64,000 nt of DNA, from the NCBI GenBank assembly GCA_010909165.1, contig MU008184.1, positions 1 through 64,000 on the forward strand. The letters are read 5' to 3'. The position numbers were made by a program, and so were the translations under genes. Below are positions 61,816-64,000 of this stretch, in pieces; the stretch's first letter is position 1, and each line of letters begins with the position of its first letter. Origin of the DNA: Anthoceros angustus. Taxonomy: Eukaryota > Plantae > Anthocerotophyta. The notes beneath the pieces were generated by a model. That model saw nothing but the letters and a program-made list of their open reading frames with translations. It made no database searches and had not been told where the DNA came from.

Positions 61816-63875
61816 TCATGGTCCCGAACAAGCCCCTAAACTGTGGACAAATTCACGCAAGGCTCGGACGAGAACCAGAGGGTTTTCTGTGTAGACACAG
61901 TGACCGCTATCTTCCACAAGGAGCACCTGTATCCGAATGCTGCTGCCGGTGCCGGGAGAAGCACGATTGTCATCGCTATTGTTGCCGTCACCTGAGTTGC
62001 TGCCGACGAAGTCATCACCATCATCCCGTTTCGTCACCTTCGGAGACTTGACCGAGGAGAATCCGCCGTCGTCTTCCATGCTCCAGTTGCTGATCGTCTT
62101 CTGCACTGTTGCCAGGAAGTTTTCCTTCTCCGTTATGAGGTACGGCTTGAGATCCTCATACAGCTCGTTGGAGAGGCTGATGTTGTCATTCCGACCATTG
62201 CCAGGTAGGTTTAAGTTCTTGTTCTTGCGTTCTCTCGCAAGCCAGGCAGGAAAACTGTTGTCATCTGCCGACACGTTTTCTAGGAAGCCAGGTGATAGGG
62301 CTGGGGTCTCTGCCTTGGGTTGTGGCACAGCGGAGGATCCCGCGTGGCATCTCTCACGCATTTGATTTGCGATTTTCACGAACTTGGAATCTAGCTTTCC
62401 AGCAACGCAGAGAATAGGGAGACTGCAGGCCGTTAAGTCTTCCCACAGGGACCTGAGCACAGCACGTTCAGAAAGAGTTACAAAGTCATATCGTAACCCT
62501 GGACCCATGAAGTAGAGGTGGATGGAACTCACGGTTGGCGTCCAACGCTGAGGAAGCGAAATGATCTAGCTAAGGCGACGTGGTCCTTGTGATCCATCCG
62601 CCTTCTTTTTATTTCTTGGTAGTCTGGACGACTACGAAGGCTGGCGACAGCACGAAACAAGTGTCAGAAGACTTATCAAAGAATCTCCATCCTGCAGTGG
62701 GATCCCTGTGCATGCTTCAAGTGTACCTACCTTCTCCACAAGGGCTTGCTGTACCAGAACTCTAGAAAGCTCTCGAGACCCTTTTCTACCAAGGCATCCG
62801 CCAGATCATCGTCCTGTGCTGCTCGGATACCTTGACTGTTGATGTCTGGAAGTCCTGGGCTTCCCGAGACTATCACTGCAGCCGCAACCTTCCAATGCAA
62901 CTAGCATTGTGAGATAAAGAAGGACACACATCAAGGACCAACACAGATTCCGTTACAAGGTGAAATTATCACCTGTTGGCTGTGCCGCAGAGCTTGGTAC
63001 AGAGCTACCCTTCCTCCCAAAGAGTACCCGACTAGTACCACCTTCCCTGCCTCTAGGCTCGTTATCAGATCAGCGAGAGCAGCGGTCACAGCATCCACTT
63101 TCCAATCATCTCCCGCCGATGCACAACAGTCGATTGTGGTATTGCCATGGCCAATAAGATCCACCGCAATGCATCGGAATGATGGTGACAAAGCATCCAT
63201 CACAGGAACCCAATCCCTTCCAGTGCCCAAGAAGCCATGAAGAAAGAACAACGTCGGCTTCTCGTTCATGGTGACCTGCAAACAATAGGACAAATGTTTA
63301 GGATGCTTCCGTCTGCATGAACACAGACGTGTGCTTGTGCAGACCAACATCAACACTGACTCTCCATCAAACAAGATGTTCCTTACATCTGAAGAGTTGG
63401 AAGCTGTATCCAGGACATAGAAATCGTAGGTGGTTGACCCACGATTCACGCTCTTCCTGTAAGAGATGAAGTTGCAAGGACCGAGCTTCATACTCTCTGT
63501 AGGTGGACTCAACTGCACCTGTTCCGGTCCAGTTGAAGATGCACTTACCACGACGCCAGAACTTGTGCGGACCACCTTGAAGTACTTGGTAATGATGTCA
63601 TTGCCATTCGAAGGGAGCCACGTGAAGGTTCCAAGCCCATGTGCCACATCTGCTGAGGGAACACATGCAGAATCGTAGGGCTGTCCATATCTCTCTCGAT
63701 CAGCTTCCCACTCTGAACGCCGTTGATTAACATAGGCAGCAAGCTCCGCATAGGCAGCCAGACTGACACTGCTTTCAAATGCTGCACTTATCACTGCTGC
63801 CATTCCATGACTCTGGCCCCATCGCGCAATTGAGGCTGCATTCTCAAACCCACCCACTCGGCTTGGTTTGATCAC
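61816..63875 (-). CDS. PHYLLO: PHYLLO (phylloquinone biosynthesis fusion), 3' exons: MenC C-terminus and MenH alpha/beta-hydrolase; gene continues beyond the window
   Basis: Exons 63875-63387, 63275-62973, 62888-62731, 62640-62533 and 62452-61816 join in frame. MenC: VIKPSRVGGFE, SAAFES, AHGLGT. MenH: FLHGFLGTG, DLIGHG, GYSLGGR, SGSPGL, GRQPSLWEDL, GKLDSKF, SGHCVYTENP. Confidence 0.93.
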
Positions 63876-64000
63876 CTGAGTCACAATCGATAAGTCAGTT
63901 CCCATTGCCGCACAGTGGCATCAACACAAAGGATGTTCGAATCCGCAACACATAGAACAAACAGTTCTCGGCATATATCACGATGTGCACCACGTACCAA

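Noticed and set aside
44826-63875. Biosynthetic gene cluster (TF + UGLYAH + 2 KCS + PHYLLO)
   Set aside because: The pathways are unrelated (purine catabolism, VLCFA elongation, phylloquinone) and in different compartments; no evidence beyond proximity.
62931-63905. Single 324-aa CDS
   Set aside because: Reads through a 111-nt stop-free intron (63386-63276) and flanking intron sequence; it is part of spliced PHYLLO.

Overview
Eukaryotic DNA from a streptophyte plant or alga. This is inferred from PHYLLO, KCS, a SIP1-type trihelix factor and a 13-exon UGLYAH; high GC3 and simple-repeat-rich introns would suit a Zygnematophyceae- or bryophyte-grade genome. There are three zones. (1) 1-~767: an intronless bacterial (Bacteroidota-type) lpdA fragment joined abruptly to plant repeats; a chimera or contaminant is more likely than HGT. 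(2) ~770-42540: a nested TE block with many indels. It holds a 14.6-kb non-chromovirus Ty3/gypsy element with tandem repeats and an extra ORF after pol, fragments of related gypsy families with the same extra ORF, and a disrupted Sola/DUF7869-like DNA transposase set back-to-back with a cryptic ParB/Srx-like gene. A second gypsy is split by a complete short-LTR Ty1/copia element with a perfect CAACG TSD. (3) ~44800-64000: a clean gene island with a trihelix TF, ureidoglycine aminohydrolase (missed by the ORF track), two convergent KCS paralogs and the 3' end of PHYLLO, plus minisatellites and a truncated CRE-like LINE. Best novelty candidates: the transposase/ParB-like module with an alternating inverted-repeat array, the conserved gypsy accessory protein family, a phase-compatible trihelix-UGLYAH splice option, and tRNA-Asp-like retroelement termini. 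Many TE frameshifts are probably long-read consensus errors. No database searches were run; family calls come from motif recognition.
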